UHGV virus genome: UHGV-0819691
Origin: a virus
Strand: one strand, 5' to 3'
Length of the DNA: 39,520 nucleotides
The position numbers and the translations under genes are program-made. The notes beneath the pieces are model-generated. The model made no database searches and was not told where the DNA came from. It saw nothing but the letters and a program-made list of their open reading frames with translations. Below are positions 24,341 to 33,593 of this stretch, piece by piece (the first letter of the stretch is position 1; every line of letters starts with the position of its first letter).

Positions 24341-24685
24341 ATGACCGAGGAATTCTATAGATGGCTATTACAGTTGATAAGAGAAGATCGTTTGGTTAAG
24401 TTCTATCAGTCTCCTAAATGGCGCAGGCTTAGAGAGAAAGCGATGAAACGAGATCACTATGAATGCCAAGAGTGTAGAAGACTAGGCAAGTATCATAGAG
24501 TAGAGAACGTTCATCATATAAAGGAAGTCAAGGATAGACCTGACTTAGCTTTAGATTTAGATAATCTTATTTGTTTATGTGTTGAACATCATAATGAAGT
24601 TCATGGTAGATATCTTACAGCACTAGATAAACAAGAGAAGAAGATAGAAAGCTTTGCTAACTTCGATGCAAGTGAAAGGTGGTAA
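24341..24685 (+). CDS. HNH endonuclease (packaging-associated)
   Basis: CQECRRLGK...HHIKEV...CLCVEHHNEVH is a Zn-finger HNH motif. Located just upstream of terS/terL, as in cos-type HK97-like phages. Confidence 0.8.
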   Translation: MTEEFYRWLLQLIREDRLVKFYQSPKWRRLREKAMKRDHYECQECRRLGKYHRVENVHHIKEVKDRPDLALDLDNLICLCVEHHNEVHGRYLTALDKQEKKIESFANFDASERW

Positions 24686-24689
24686 GTGC

Positions 24690-24971
24690 ATGATCATCAA
24701 TGACAATGGCAGAGAGTATGACACAGAAAAGATTGAAGAGTATTCATCTTATACTCAGGGATTGATTAAACGTTTGATATACGTTCGCTATGTAGGTATT
24801 AGGGATCTGTTATCAGATAACTGTTGTAGCAAATACAAAGTGAATCAAGTAAGAGAAGCGTTGAATAAAGATAATAATGTTGAAAGAATAAAAAATGTTT
24901 TCGGATATAGCATTGAAGAGATTAATTATTACATTGACTTCGCTGAAGCTTTCATTCCGATGGTGAGATAA
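24690..24971 (+). CDS. Hypothetical protein (~93 aa)
   Basis: RBS AGGTGG before ATG 24690. Confidence 0.35.
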   Translation: MIINDNGREYDTEKIEEYSSYTQGLIKRLIYVRYVGIRDLLSDNCCSKYKVNQVREALNKDNNVERIKNVFGYSIEEINYYIDFAEAFIPMVR

Positions 24972-24974
24972 CCC

Positions 24975-25035
24975 CCCCTTAAAATAAATCGCAAATTTTT
25001 TGGGGGTGATGAAACGGAGGGGGCTGTCAGGAAAA
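24975..25035. other. Candidate cos site / packaging-initiation region (C8 ... G5 ... GAGGGGG tracts)
   Basis: AACCCCCCCCTTAAAATAAATCGCAAATTTTTTGGGGGTGATGAAACGGAGGGGGCT lies between the HNH-adjacent gene and terS. G/C tracts form an imperfect palindrome. Confidence 0.35.
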
Positions 25036-25073
25036 GAGATTTTTTCGAACTTTATCATGAAAGGAGGGCTAAA

Positions 25074-25388
25074 ATGTTTAAAAACGAATTGTCTCAAAAT
25101 CGCTACAGAGAAAAATTACGCCGCTCTTTAATAAGCCAATTGGAAAGTCAGAAAACAAATATTGAGCCATTCTTAGATAATGTTGATCGTTATATCAGTT
25201 TATGGGAAACGGCGATATCACTGGAAGAAGATATATCCGAGAACGGCATTAGATTGGAGAATGGTAAAAAGAATGAATCAGTAGCGTTGCTTGTTTCTGT
25301 CAACAAACAAATGGGATTGATGTTGGATAAACTTGCCATTACTCCTGAATTGGTAGGTGAAGCAAATGAATCAATTCCTGAGTTATAA
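25074..25388 (+). CDS. terS: Terminase small subunit (P27-family-like)
   Basis: 104 aa directly upstream of and overlapping terL. Pattern ...RYISLWETAISLEEDISENGIRLENGKKNES..LVSVNKQMGLMLDKLAITPE is typical of P27-type TerS. Confidence 0.65.
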   Translation: MFKNELSQNRYREKLRRSLISQLESQKTNIEPFLDNVDRYISLWETAISLEEDISENGIRLENGKKNESVALLVSVNKQMGLMLDKLAITPELVGEANESIPEL

Positions 25389-27060
25389 GCATATTGAAAA
25401 TTGGTTCAAAGCTATAGAAGAAGGCACTATCAAGGTATGCAAAGAGCAATTATTGCTAAAAAATTATCTAGAAGAAAGAGTCTTTACTAGAGAAGATATT
25501 TACTTCGATAAGCAGATGGTAGAGGATTCAATCAATATACCAGCACAATACTTTCCATTCGAATTAATTCCGTGGGAAAAATTTCTACAATGTTTTATTT
25601 ATGGTGTTCGATGGAAAAAAGATAAAACACTAGTGTTCAATAGATATCTTTCATTAATGGGACGTGGTAATGGTAAAACTGGTTTTGCTTCTTGGAACAA
25701 CTTCTTTCTACTCACCGCTAAACACGGTATTAAAAATTATGATATTGATATCTATGCCAATAATGAAAGCCAAGCAAAGACTAGTTTTGATGATGTATTT
25801 AAAGTAATTAAAGATCATCCTGATTTAGATAAAAAAGTATTTAAAGCTACGAAGGAAGTTATTCAAAATATCGCTACAAATAGCAAACTTCGTTATAACA
25901 CGGCAAACGCTAGAACAAAAGACGGGAAGCGACCAGGTGCAAACCGCTTTGATGAAATTCACGAAAATGAAGATTATTCAATGATAAATGTGGCTACTTC
26001 TGGTGGTGGTAAAATTCGAGATTATAGAGAATTTTATGATACAACTAATGGTCATGTTCGTGGTGGTCCGCTTGATGACATTATAGAAGAATCAAAAATG
26101 ATTCTTTCTGGAGAACTTGGAATTGACAAGGATGGAGCAGAATTTTCTAGTTTGTTTCCATTTATTTGTCGCTTGGATAACGATAATGAAGTTGATGATC
26201 CCGACATGTGGGAAAAAGCTTGTCCAACTATTAATTACAATGCAGATTTAAAACGGAAAATGTTTCAAGAATACTCTCAAATGCAACGTAATGCTGGTTT
26301 AAGACTTACGTTCATGACAAAACGAATGAACAGACCTATGGAAGATACACGATTTGCTGTTGCTTCATATGATGATGTTCTGCATACGAAAGAAAAAGAA
26401 TTTCCTGAAAAAATGGATGAAGTGATAGGAACAGTCGATTTTGCTGATAGACGAGATTTTGCCAGTGTTGGGTTGCTAGGAAAATATGATAAAGATGTGT
26501 ATTTTACCCAACATACTTTTATCCACGAATCAGCTCTTCGATTACAGAACATAAAACGAGAGGTTATAGATATTTCTATAGATCAAGGAAAATCACAAAT
26601 CGTTCATGGGAAAAATATAGAAGCTGATTATATTGTAGGTTGGTTTCTTGAAATGAGTAATAAATATTATATTAAAAAAATCGCTATGGATATGTACCGT
26701 GCAAAAATATTGAAGCCCGCTTTAGAAGAAGCAGGTTTTACTGTGGAAATTGTTCGAAGCGGATCTGTTACACATGGTATGTTAAAAGATCTGGTTGATG
26801 ACCTTTTTATTAATCAACGTTTATTTTTTGGTGACGATGCGATTATGCGTTGGTATTGCATGAATGTATATGAAGAGCATATTTCTAATGGAAATATACG
26901 CTATGAAAAAATAGAACCTGAAACTAGAAAAACGGATGGCTTTTTTTCATTCCTTCATGGTTTGAATTTTTTAGATGATATTTATGATTCTGCTCCTGTA
27001 ACAGTCACAAATAGCTCAGTAGAAAATACAGGAACTGGATTTACTCCTCTAGTATTCTAA
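25357..27060 (+). CDS. terL: Terminase large subunit
   Basis: Walker-A-like LMGRGNGKTGFAS, length 567 aa. Followed by the portal. Confidence 0.8.
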   Translation: MKQMNQFLSYKHIENWFKAIEEGTIKVCKEQLLLKNYLEERVFTREDIYFDKQMVEDSINIPAQYFPFELIPWEKFLQCFIYGVRWKKDKTLVFNRYLSLMGRGNGKTGFASWNNFFLLTAKHGIKNYDIDIYANNESQAKTSFDDVFKVIKDHPDLDKKVFKATKEVIQNIATNSKLRYNTANARTKDGKRPGANRFDEIHENEDYSMINVATSGGGKIRDYREFYDTTNGHVRGGPLDDIIEESKMILSGELGIDKDGAEFSSLFPFICRLDNDNEVDDPDMWEKACPTINYNADLKRKMFQEYSQMQRNAGLRLTFMTKRMNRPMEDTRFAVASYDDVLHTKEKEFPEKMDEVIGTVDFADRRDFASVGLLGKYDKDVYFTQHTFIHESALRLQNIKREVIDISIDQGKSQIVHGKNIEADYIVGWFLEMSNKYYIKKIAMDMYRAKILKPALEEAGFTVEIVRSGSVTHGMLKDLVDDLFINQRLFFGDDAIMRWYCMNVYEEHISNGNIRYEKIEPETRKTDGFFSFLHGLNFLDDIYDSAPVTVTNSSVENTGTGFTPLVF

Positions 27061-27079
27061 CTTGAAAGGAGGTGAGAAA

Positions 27080-28258
27080 GTGGGGATTTTTCAAAAGGCG
27101 GTAGGATACTTCACAAAAAAAGCAACAGTTCCTTTAGAAGAATATTTTTGTAAATTGCAAGTTGATTTTGTGTATCGAAAATTTGCAATTGAAACTTGTA
27201 TTGATTTGATTGCAAATGCGATGAGCAAAGCGGAATTCAAGTCATATGAAGATGGAAAAAATAAAAAGAATGATCTTTACTATAGGCTAAATGTAGCTCC
27301 TAATAAGAAAAATAATGCAACAGAATTTAGAAAAAAACTGATCAGGAGATTAATATTCTACAATGAAGTATTGATCGTTTCTCCGTCTAATAATTCTAGC
27401 GAAATATTTATTGCGGATAGTTGGGATATCACAGAGTATGCATTAAAAGATGATGTGTTTTCTCAAGTGCAAATTAACAACATAGTCCTTGATAGAGAAT
27501 TTCTAGAAAGTGATGTTATCTATATAAAATACGCAGATCAACAAATTAGGCAACTAGTCGATGCGTATTATCAAGCGTATGGGAAACTCATTTCTAGTGC
27601 CATGAATGTTTACAAGCGTTCTAACGCTCGTAGATACGTACTGAAAGGGAATTTATTCCGACCGCAAGACAATACAACACAAGACCAAATCAATAAAATG
27701 ATGACATCGCAGTTCAAACCATTCATGGAAGCGGACAATGCAGGGGCAGTATTCCAACTACAAGAAGGATTCAATTTAGAAGATTTCAGCGGAAACTTCC
27801 AAAGCAATTCAAGAGATATAAAAAACTTAATAGACGACATCTTTGAGATGACAGCAGCAGCGTTTCACGTTCCGAAAAACCTACTAAAGGGAGACATGAG
27901 TGGGTTATCGGATCAAGTGGACGCTTTTTTAATGTTCGAAATCATTCCAATTGCTGAACTTATTCAGGATGCGTTTAACGCTAGTCTCTATGAAGCAGAA
28001 GAATACTTGTCAGGGAATTTTGTACGTGTTGATACAACTATGATCAAGATTACTAGCTTCAAAGATTTGGTTGACGCTATTGATGTAGGCATTAGAAATG
28101 GGGTATTTACAATCAACGAAGGAAGAGAACGCGTTGGAAGTGATCGCTCTGATAAGGCGATGGCAGATGAAATATTTATAACTAAAAACAACCAACAAGT
28201 ATCGAAAGGAGGTGAGGCGAATGACGACAATGAAAACATTTCTAGCGGTAAAGAATGA
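27080..28258 (+). CDS. Portal protein (HK97-family-like)
   Basis: ~390 aa directly after terL and before the prohead protease. GGAGGTG RBS before GTG 27080; the TTG at 27062 is the alternative start. Confidence 0.6.
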   Translation: MGIFQKAVGYFTKKATVPLEEYFCKLQVDFVYRKFAIETCIDLIANAMSKAEFKSYEDGKNKKNDLYYRLNVAPNKKNNATEFRKKLIRRLIFYNEVLIVSPSNNSSEIFIADSWDITEYALKDDVFSQVQINNIVLDREFLESDVIYIKYADQQIRQLVDAYYQAYGKLISSAMNVYKRSNARRYVLKGNLFRPQDNTTQDQINKMMTSQFKPFMEADNAGAVFQLQEGFNLEDFSGNFQSNSRDIKNLIDDIFEMTAAAFHVPKNLLKGDMSGLSDQVDAFLMFEIIPIAELIQDAFNASLYEAEEYLSGNFVRVDTTMIKITSFKDLVDAIDVGIRNGVFTINEGRERVGSDRSDKAMADEIFITKNNQQVSKGGEANDDNENISSGKE

Positions 28259-28907
28259 AGGAACAGTACCGCAAATTTTTATTCAGGGATTTATTGGCTC
28301 TAGTTGGTTCTTTGAAGGGAATACTGATAAGGGAATCAAAAATATTTTGGATAGTCTAGGTGATCAAGAAGAAATTGAAGTAGTGATTAATTCAAACGGT
28401 GGAGACGTATTTCAAGGGATTGCTATTGGGAACTTACTTAAGTCAAATAAAGCAAAAGTTAACGTTGTGATTAACGGCTTAGCCGCTAGTGCTGCTTCAA
28501 TTATCGCAATGGCTGGCGATACTATAAAAATTTACAACAATGCACAATTGATGATTCACCGCGCTTCCACATATGGAGAAGGAAATGTCGATGACTTCCG
28601 CACGATTGCTGATCAATTGGAATCAATTGATAAATCGGTAAAGGCTTCATATAAAACACGATTCAACGGTACAGATGAAGCATTGCAAGAACTTCTTGAA
28701 AAAGAATCGTTTATGGATGCAGAAACAGCTTTGAGTTATGGATTGGTCGATGAAATTATCGATGCAGAAAATAGCGCAGGTACTGAAGCTAAGAAAGAAC
28801 AAAGCGTTGAAGAAATTTTGAATGACGTTGAAGAAAAAAGAGCAGAAAAAATTGCTGCATTTACAGCAGCATTAAATAAAACATTTGGACAAGGAGATGC
28901 AAAATAA
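28212..28907 (+). CDS. ClpP-like (S14) prohead maturation protease
   Basis: NSNGGDVFQGIAIGNLLKS...INGLAASAASIIAMAGD...MIHRAS is the ClpP-fold serine protease pattern. Confidence 0.7.
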   Translation: MRRMTTMKTFLAVKNEGTVPQIFIQGFIGSSWFFEGNTDKGIKNILDSLGDQEEIEVVINSNGGDVFQGIAIGNLLKSNKAKVNVVINGLAASAASIIAMAGDTIKIYNNAQLMIHRASTYGEGNVDDFRTIADQLESIDKSVKASYKTRFNGTDEALQELLEKESFMDAETALSYGLVDEIIDAENSAGTEAKKEQSVEEILNDVEEKRAEKIAAFTAALNKTFGQGDAK

Positions 28908-30067
28908 TGACAGTTAAAAATTTAAAAGGTGTAACAGCTGCAAGCGACCAATTGATGAAAGCTTTTAAAGATGGTAACGAAGAATCTTTTAGCGCAGCTA
29001 TGGTAAGTTTATCTAAGGAAATTCAGGATAAAATTTTAGAAGAAGCAACAGCAAAAAATCAAGATCAATTAGTATTAATGAACCGTGGTCAGCGTGTACT
29101 AACTACACAAGAAACAAAATTCTATAACGAAGTAGTGAATAACGAAGGTTTTGCAGGAGTTGAAGAATTAGTACCAGCTACTGTATTTGAACGCGTATTT
29201 GAAGATCTAGAACAATCTCATCCACTATTGCAAAAAATTACTTTTGTTAACACAACTGGTGTAACAGAATGGATTGTGTCACGTGGAGTCAATCCAGCAT
29301 GGTGGGGTAAACTTTGCGAAGCTGTTAAAAAAGTTTTAGATAATGGCTTTGACGTAATTAACATGAAGCAGTTCAAGCTATCAGGTTATATTCCTGTATG
29401 TAAGGCAATGCTTGACTTAGGTCCAGTATGGTTAGATCGTTATGTCCGTACTGTTTTAGTAGAATCATTGAGAATTGCATTAGAACAAGCAATCGTTGAT
29501 GGTACTGGTAAAGATATGCCAGTCGGAATGATGCGTGATATGAGCAAACAAACTAGCGGAGAATATGCTGAAAAAACAGCAGAACCTATTACAGCTTTAG
29601 ATGCTGCAACTATGGGCGGTTTGATGGCACGACTATCAAAATTCAATATCGAAGGCGTAGATGATCCGATTTATCGTAATGTAAATCCTTCTGATGTGGT
29701 CCTAATTGTGAATCCAACAGATTACTGGTCTAAAGTTTTCCCAGCTAAAACCGTACTAACTGCTAATGGAGAATATGTACAAGTATTGCCAGTACCAGTT
29801 TCAGACTTGCAGTCAACAGCTGTGCCAGAAGGAAAAGCAGTTATTGGGGTAGCTTCAGATTACTTCATGGGTGTAGGATCTACGCTAAAAATTGAAGCTT
29901 CAGATGAATACCATTTTGTTGAAGACGAACGCATTTATCTAGCTAAACAATATGCAAACGGACAACCTAAACGTAATGATAGTTTCATTGTATTAGATAT
30001 TAGCGCTTTGGGAACTACTACTACAACTACAAAACCAACAACCACAACAACTACAACACAAGCGTAG
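28907..30067 (+). CDS. Major capsid protein (HK97 fold) with C-terminal T6-KP-T7-QA tail
   Basis: Position after the protease, 386 aa. The C-terminus ...LGTTTTTTKPTTTTTTTQA* is encoded at 30014-30064. Confidence 0.7.
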   Translation: MTVKNLKGVTAASDQLMKAFKDGNEESFSAAMVSLSKEIQDKILEEATAKNQDQLVLMNRGQRVLTTQETKFYNEVVNNEGFAGVEELVPATVFERVFEDLEQSHPLLQKITFVNTTGVTEWIVSRGVNPAWWGKLCEAVKKVLDNGFDVINMKQFKLSGYIPVCKAMLDLGPVWLDRYVRTVLVESLRIALEQAIVDGTGKDMPVGMMRDMSKQTSGEYAEKTAEPITALDAATMGGLMARLSKFNIEGVDDPIYRNVNPSDVVLIVNPTDYWSKVFPAKTVLTANGEYVQVLPVPVSDLQSTAVPEGKAVIGVASDYFMGVGSTLKIEASDEYHFVEDERIYLAKQYANGQPKRNDSFIVLDISALGTTTTTTKPTTTTTTTQA

Positions 30068-30076
30068 GTGATCAGA

Positions 30077-30952
30077 ATGAAGTATATTCTTTGTCAGCCG
30101 GCAATCAATCGGTTTAAATGGGAGCTTGAAGTTTGTTTAACTAATCTGAAGAAACTAGGAATCAAAGATATCGTATTGCTTTTCAGCAGACACGATGATC
30201 AGATTCCTATTTTTTTTGAGAAGGAATATGGCGTTGAAGTTCATGTGTACGATGATCTGCGGGACGACAAAGAGTATATTCCTTCGATTAAACCATATTT
30301 ATGGTGGAAATATTTAGAAGAAGATCATTCGCGTGAGGACGACCGATATTTCTATATCGATTCGGATGTCATTTTCAATAAAAGAATTAATTTGCGCAAA
30401 TTGCCTTCTAAAGATGATGTTTGGTATTGTAGCGACTGCTGTAGTTATCTAAGTCTTGATTATATTAGAAGCTGTGAAAACGGAGAAAATATTCTAAAAG
30501 ATATGGCAAATATTGTAAATGTTAGAGTAGAATCTTTGGAAACTATAAACACTAATTCAGGAGGCGCACAGTGGGTTATTAACCGTCCTAAAGCGAATTA
30601 TTGGAAAAAGGTTTATCTGGATTCTAATCGGCTATATCGCTACCTTAGAGGGCAAAAAACAAATGTACAGATTTGGACAGCCGAGATGTGGGCACAGCTT
30701 TGGAACATGATGTATTTCAATATTGGTCCTAAAGTTCACGAGGAATTAAACTTTTGTTTTGCTACTGATCCAATAGAAAAATTTAAAGAAGTAAAAATCT
30801 TGCATAACGCTGGAGTAACAACAAATGATGAAGATTTATTTTTCAAAGGGAGATACGTTACTTCCACGCCTTTTGATGAAGATTTATCATTTGTAAACAA
30901 GAAAAAATGCTCTTACGCATATGTTAAAGCAATTAAGGCGGTGGTTAGATGA
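30077..30952 (+). CDS. Putative GT-A-fold glycosyltransferase (DxD motif) embedded in the head module
   Basis: AGGTGA RBS overlapping the capsid-gene stop; ATG 30077 (or GTG 30068). hhhhDxD context RYFYIDSDVIF (nt ~30341-30373). Cytoplasmic, no TM. No head-module role known for this position. Confidence 0.35.
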   Translation: MKYILCQPAINRFKWELEVCLTNLKKLGIKDIVLLFSRHDDQIPIFFEKEYGVEVHVYDDLRDDKEYIPSIKPYLWWKYLEEDHSREDDRYFYIDSDVIFNKRINLRKLPSKDDVWYCSDCCSYLSLDYIRSCENGENILKDMANIVNVRVESLETINTNSGGAQWVINRPKANYWKKVYLDSNRLYRYLRGQKTNVQIWTAEMWAQLWNMMYFNIGPKVHEELNFCFATDPIEKFKEVKILHNAGVTTNDEDLFFKGRYVTSTPFDEDLSFVNKKKCSYAYVKAIKAVVR

Positions 30953-31260
30953 CGCCTGAACAAGTGACTGAAGAATTGCTAATAGCTGTGAAGGATAATA
31001 TTTACGTTACCTGGAACGAAGAAGATGAGTCAATTAAAAAGATGATAGCTAAAAATGCTGTTTATCTTCAAAGTAAAGTGAGTACAACACTTTCTTTTTC
31101 TCCTGAAAGCTTAGAATACGGATTGCTAATCGAAAGATGTAGATACGACTGGAATCGTGCTTTAGATGAGTTTGAACAAAATTTCGCTAGTGAGTTATTA
31201 GGTTTCATTCAACATTATGCGCTACAAGAATATATTGCAGGTGATGGGAATGGCGAATAA
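30949..31260 (+). CDS. Head-tail connector (gp6-like)
   Basis: ~100 aa acidic protein in the canonical position. Pattern EELLIAVKDNIYVTWNEEDESIKKMIAKNAVYL. Confidence 0.5.
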   Translation: MTPEQVTEELLIAVKDNIYVTWNEEDESIKKMIAKNAVYLQSKVSTTLSFSPESLEYGLLIERCRYDWNRALDEFEQNFASELLGFIQHYALQEYIAGDGNGE

Positions 31261-31603
31261 TCGTAGACTCGAAGAAACATTCAACGATGGTTGGTTAAAG
31301 ATTTTGACGCAAACTACCAAAAGAAATGAACTAGGAAAAAAGATTGGTGTAGAAGATACAGAAATCACTTCTTTAAAATTTAGAAATCTTTCCATGAGAG
31401 ATAGTGATATAACAGCTATGGATGCGATGGGATCGAAATTAACTAAGAAAGTAAAGACTCCATTTCATCCGATCGCCAAGAAATTTAATAAAGATCAATA
31501 TTTTATCGTAATCGATAGTATGCGTTACAACGTTATCTATGCCGATTACGATAATTTTTATATCTATTTTTATCTTGAAAGTGTGGGTGAATATGGTTAT
31601 TGA
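31250..31603 (+). CDS. Head-tail adaptor / head closure protein
   Basis: ~117 aa. ...TKRNELGKKIGVED...F..I.SMRYN... matches the Phage_H_T_join pattern. Confidence 0.45.
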   Translation: MANNRRLEETFNDGWLKILTQTTKRNELGKKIGVEDTEITSLKFRNLSMRDSDITAMDAMGSKLTKKVKTPFHPIAKKFNKDQYFIVIDSMRYNVIYADYDNFYIYFYLESVGEYGY

Positions 31604-31994
31604 TAATTCTAAAGAAAAAGAACGTTTAAATAAGCAAATTTCTGCTATCAAAACTTCCTTAGAAGAACATTTTAAGCTCAAACTCTTTCAAGACTCTGTT
31701 GGCGAGGATGAGCTACCTGATGATTTTAATTACTTCATTCTCGAAACAGGAGAAATAGAAATGATCACTGAACCAAAATATAGCGTGGGTCAAAATCTAT
31801 ATCTAACTTTCTATTCAGAAAATAGAGAAGATTTAACAGGAGATTCACTAGATATTATTTCATTGATTCAAAATCGTTCGATTCGTTTTCAGAGAATGGA
31901 TCCCAACCATTTAAAACTAGAAAATCAAGATCGCTATATCGATCAATTGGTATTTACGTTTAGACGATTATTGAAGAGTGATTGTCATGGCTAA
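31593..31994 (+). CDS. Tail component (gp10-like), hypothetical
   Basis: Position between adaptor and tail-completion genes. Confidence 0.3.
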   Translation: MVIDNSKEKERLNKQISAIKTSLEEHFKLKLFQDSVGEDELPDDFNYFILETGEIEMITEPKYSVGQNLYLTFYSENREDLTGDSLDIISLIQNRSIRFQRMDPNHLKLENQDRYIDQLVFTFRRLLKSDCHG

Positions 31995-32391
31995 AAATAG
32001 TTGGGAGCTAAAAATAAATGGGCATGATGAACTTCTTGTGCGGATGGAACGCTATTCAAGCGAGAGTGAACGACTGATCAATGAAGCATTGAAATCGAAG
32101 GGTTCGGCTATTGCAGTGGATAGGATTACAGAAAAAATTCCTGTTTCTGAAGCAGATTTAAGAAGAGGACACCAACACGCAAAAAATAGTCGTCCACTTA
32201 AGACTCAATATATTAATTTGGGTTTCATCATTAGACCTACAAGAAAATTTGAGTATTTAAAATATCCTGATTTGGGGATAGGTACTTCTAAAAGAAATCA
32301 GCCAGACGAATTCATGAGAAGAGGATTAGGTCTTGCACTTGATCCAATTACAGAACTTCTGATTCGTCAATTCGATAAATTAAATAAATAG
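31987..32391 (+). CDS. Tail completion protein (HK97 gp10/gp11-like)
   Basis: Position immediately upstream of the major tail protein. ~135 aa. Confidence 0.35.
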   Translation: MAKNSWELKINGHDELLVRMERYSSESERLINEALKSKGSAIAVDRITEKIPVSEADLRRGHQHAKNSRPLKTQYINLGFIIRPTRKFEYLKYPDLGIGTSKRNQPDEFMRRGLGLALDPITELLIRQFDKLNK

Positions 32392-32402
32392 GAGGAACAA
32401 CA

Positions 32403-33008
32403 ATGGCTAAAACAACAACTGTAGTAACAACGTTCGATAACGTGAGTATCAAACGAATTGCTTTTAATTTTAAGAATGCAGAAAATGCAATCGCAACAGA
32501 TTGTAACGGACAATTAGATGGCGAAACAGAAATGCAAACGGTGGTTAAAAAATGTGGAGCGACAGAAGTAAAATCAAAATCTAAACCAATCAATATGACG
32601 GTAACAATTACTGCACATGTACCGATGGAAGTTTATCGACGTTTCAATGGGTTGAAACAAGATGAACGTATTAAACCAGGCATTTACTCTTACGGTCCTG
32701 ATTCCGTAGGCGAAGATTTCTCACTTGCTGCAGAGATCGTGGATGACTTCGAAGAAAATAGCAAGTTAGTTGGTATGTTAGCATGCACTTCGAATACAGG
32801 ATTAACATTCTCTATTGAAAATGGTGCGGATGAAGTAGCTGCTTTAGAACTAGAAACAAAAGTTATGCAAGATGAATTTGGTAAATTCTATCATGAAGCA
32901 ATTGTTGCAGAACTTGAAGAAGACTTAACAGATCAATGGATGACGAATCTATCTGCTGATGTGATTAAAAAGAGTTCAACAACCACTACTACAACGACTC
33001 AAGCTTAA
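32403..33008 (+). CDS. Major tail (tube) protein with C-terminal SS-T7-QA tail
   Basis: RBS TAGGAGGAACAACA. 201 aa, immediately before the G/GT chaperone pair. The C-terminus ...KKSSTTTTTTTQA* is encoded at 32973-33005. Confidence 0.6.
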   Translation: MAKTTTVVTTFDNVSIKRIAFNFKNAENAIATDCNGQLDGETEMQTVVKKCGATEVKSKSKPINMTVTITAHVPMEVYRRFNGLKQDERIKPGIYSYGPDSVGEDFSLAAEIVDDFEENSKLVGMLACTSNTGLTFSIENGADEVAALELETKVMQDEFGKFYHEAIVAELEEDLTDQWMTNLSADVIKKSSTTTTTTTQA

Positions 33009-33029
33009 ACATAAAACGGAGGTAGCAAA

Positions 33030-33392
33030 ATGAACGAAGATTACTCAAAAATTGAACTAAACGATGGAACAATTTTGAATTTAGAACCTAAACTGAATAT
33101 CAAGAAATTATTGATGATCAATAGAGATTTTAACACAGACGAGTTTGCAAAAATGACTGTGGGAAAAGGATCCATGGATATTTCTGTTATTCAAGGTGCA
33201 AAGGCTGTGTATATTGCTTACCGCCAAGCGAACATGACTGATTATATTTCATTCGATGAATTTATCGATAAATGGGATTTTGATATGGCTACTGCCAGCT
33301 ATATTTATCAATTGATGATGTTCAAACAAGCACGAGATGCCTATCAAAAAGAATTCGAAAAAGCAAATAAGGAAAAAAAGCTTCAAAAGTAA
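33030..33392 (+). CDS. Tail assembly chaperone G
   Basis: 120 aa between the major tail protein and tape measure. Followed by an overlapping -1-frame ORF. Confidence 0.6.
   Translation: MNEDYSKIELNDGTILNLEPKLNIKKLLMINRDFNTDEFAKMTVGKGSMDISVIQGAKAVYIAYRQANMTDYISFDEFIDKWDFDMATASYIYQLMMFKQARDAYQKEFEKANKEKKLQK
33374..33380 (+). other. Programmed -1 ribosomal frameshift slippery heptamer A_AAA_AAG (G to GT fusion)
   Basis: Zero-frame codons AAA(33375) AAG(33378) preceded by A33374. The -1 frame from 33380 is continuous with ORF 33395-33577, giving a ~183-aa GT product. Confidence 0.6.
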
Positions 33393-33394
33393 AA

Positions 33395-33577
33395 ATGCCA
33401 AAGCTCTTAGTTGAAACGTGGGTCGATGTCTATTCGATGTTGACCGACGTTTTTTCTATGCCTTCAGATTTGGTTTTAAGCGATATCTGTTTAGATGACA
33501 TTTTGCAAATGGCTTACAACAAGAGTGCTTATGAAGGATGGAAAAACTATGCAATAAACCAATCCCATAAAAACTAA
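33395..33577 (+). CDS. T portion of the tail assembly chaperone GT (-1 frame extension)
   Basis: 60-aa ORF in the -1 frame relative to G, ending just before the tape measure RBS. Confidence 0.5.
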   Translation: MPKLLVETWVDVYSMLTDVFSMPSDLVLSDICLDDILQMAYNKSAYEGWKNYAINQSHKN

Positions 33578-33593
33578 AGAAAGGAGGTAAAAA

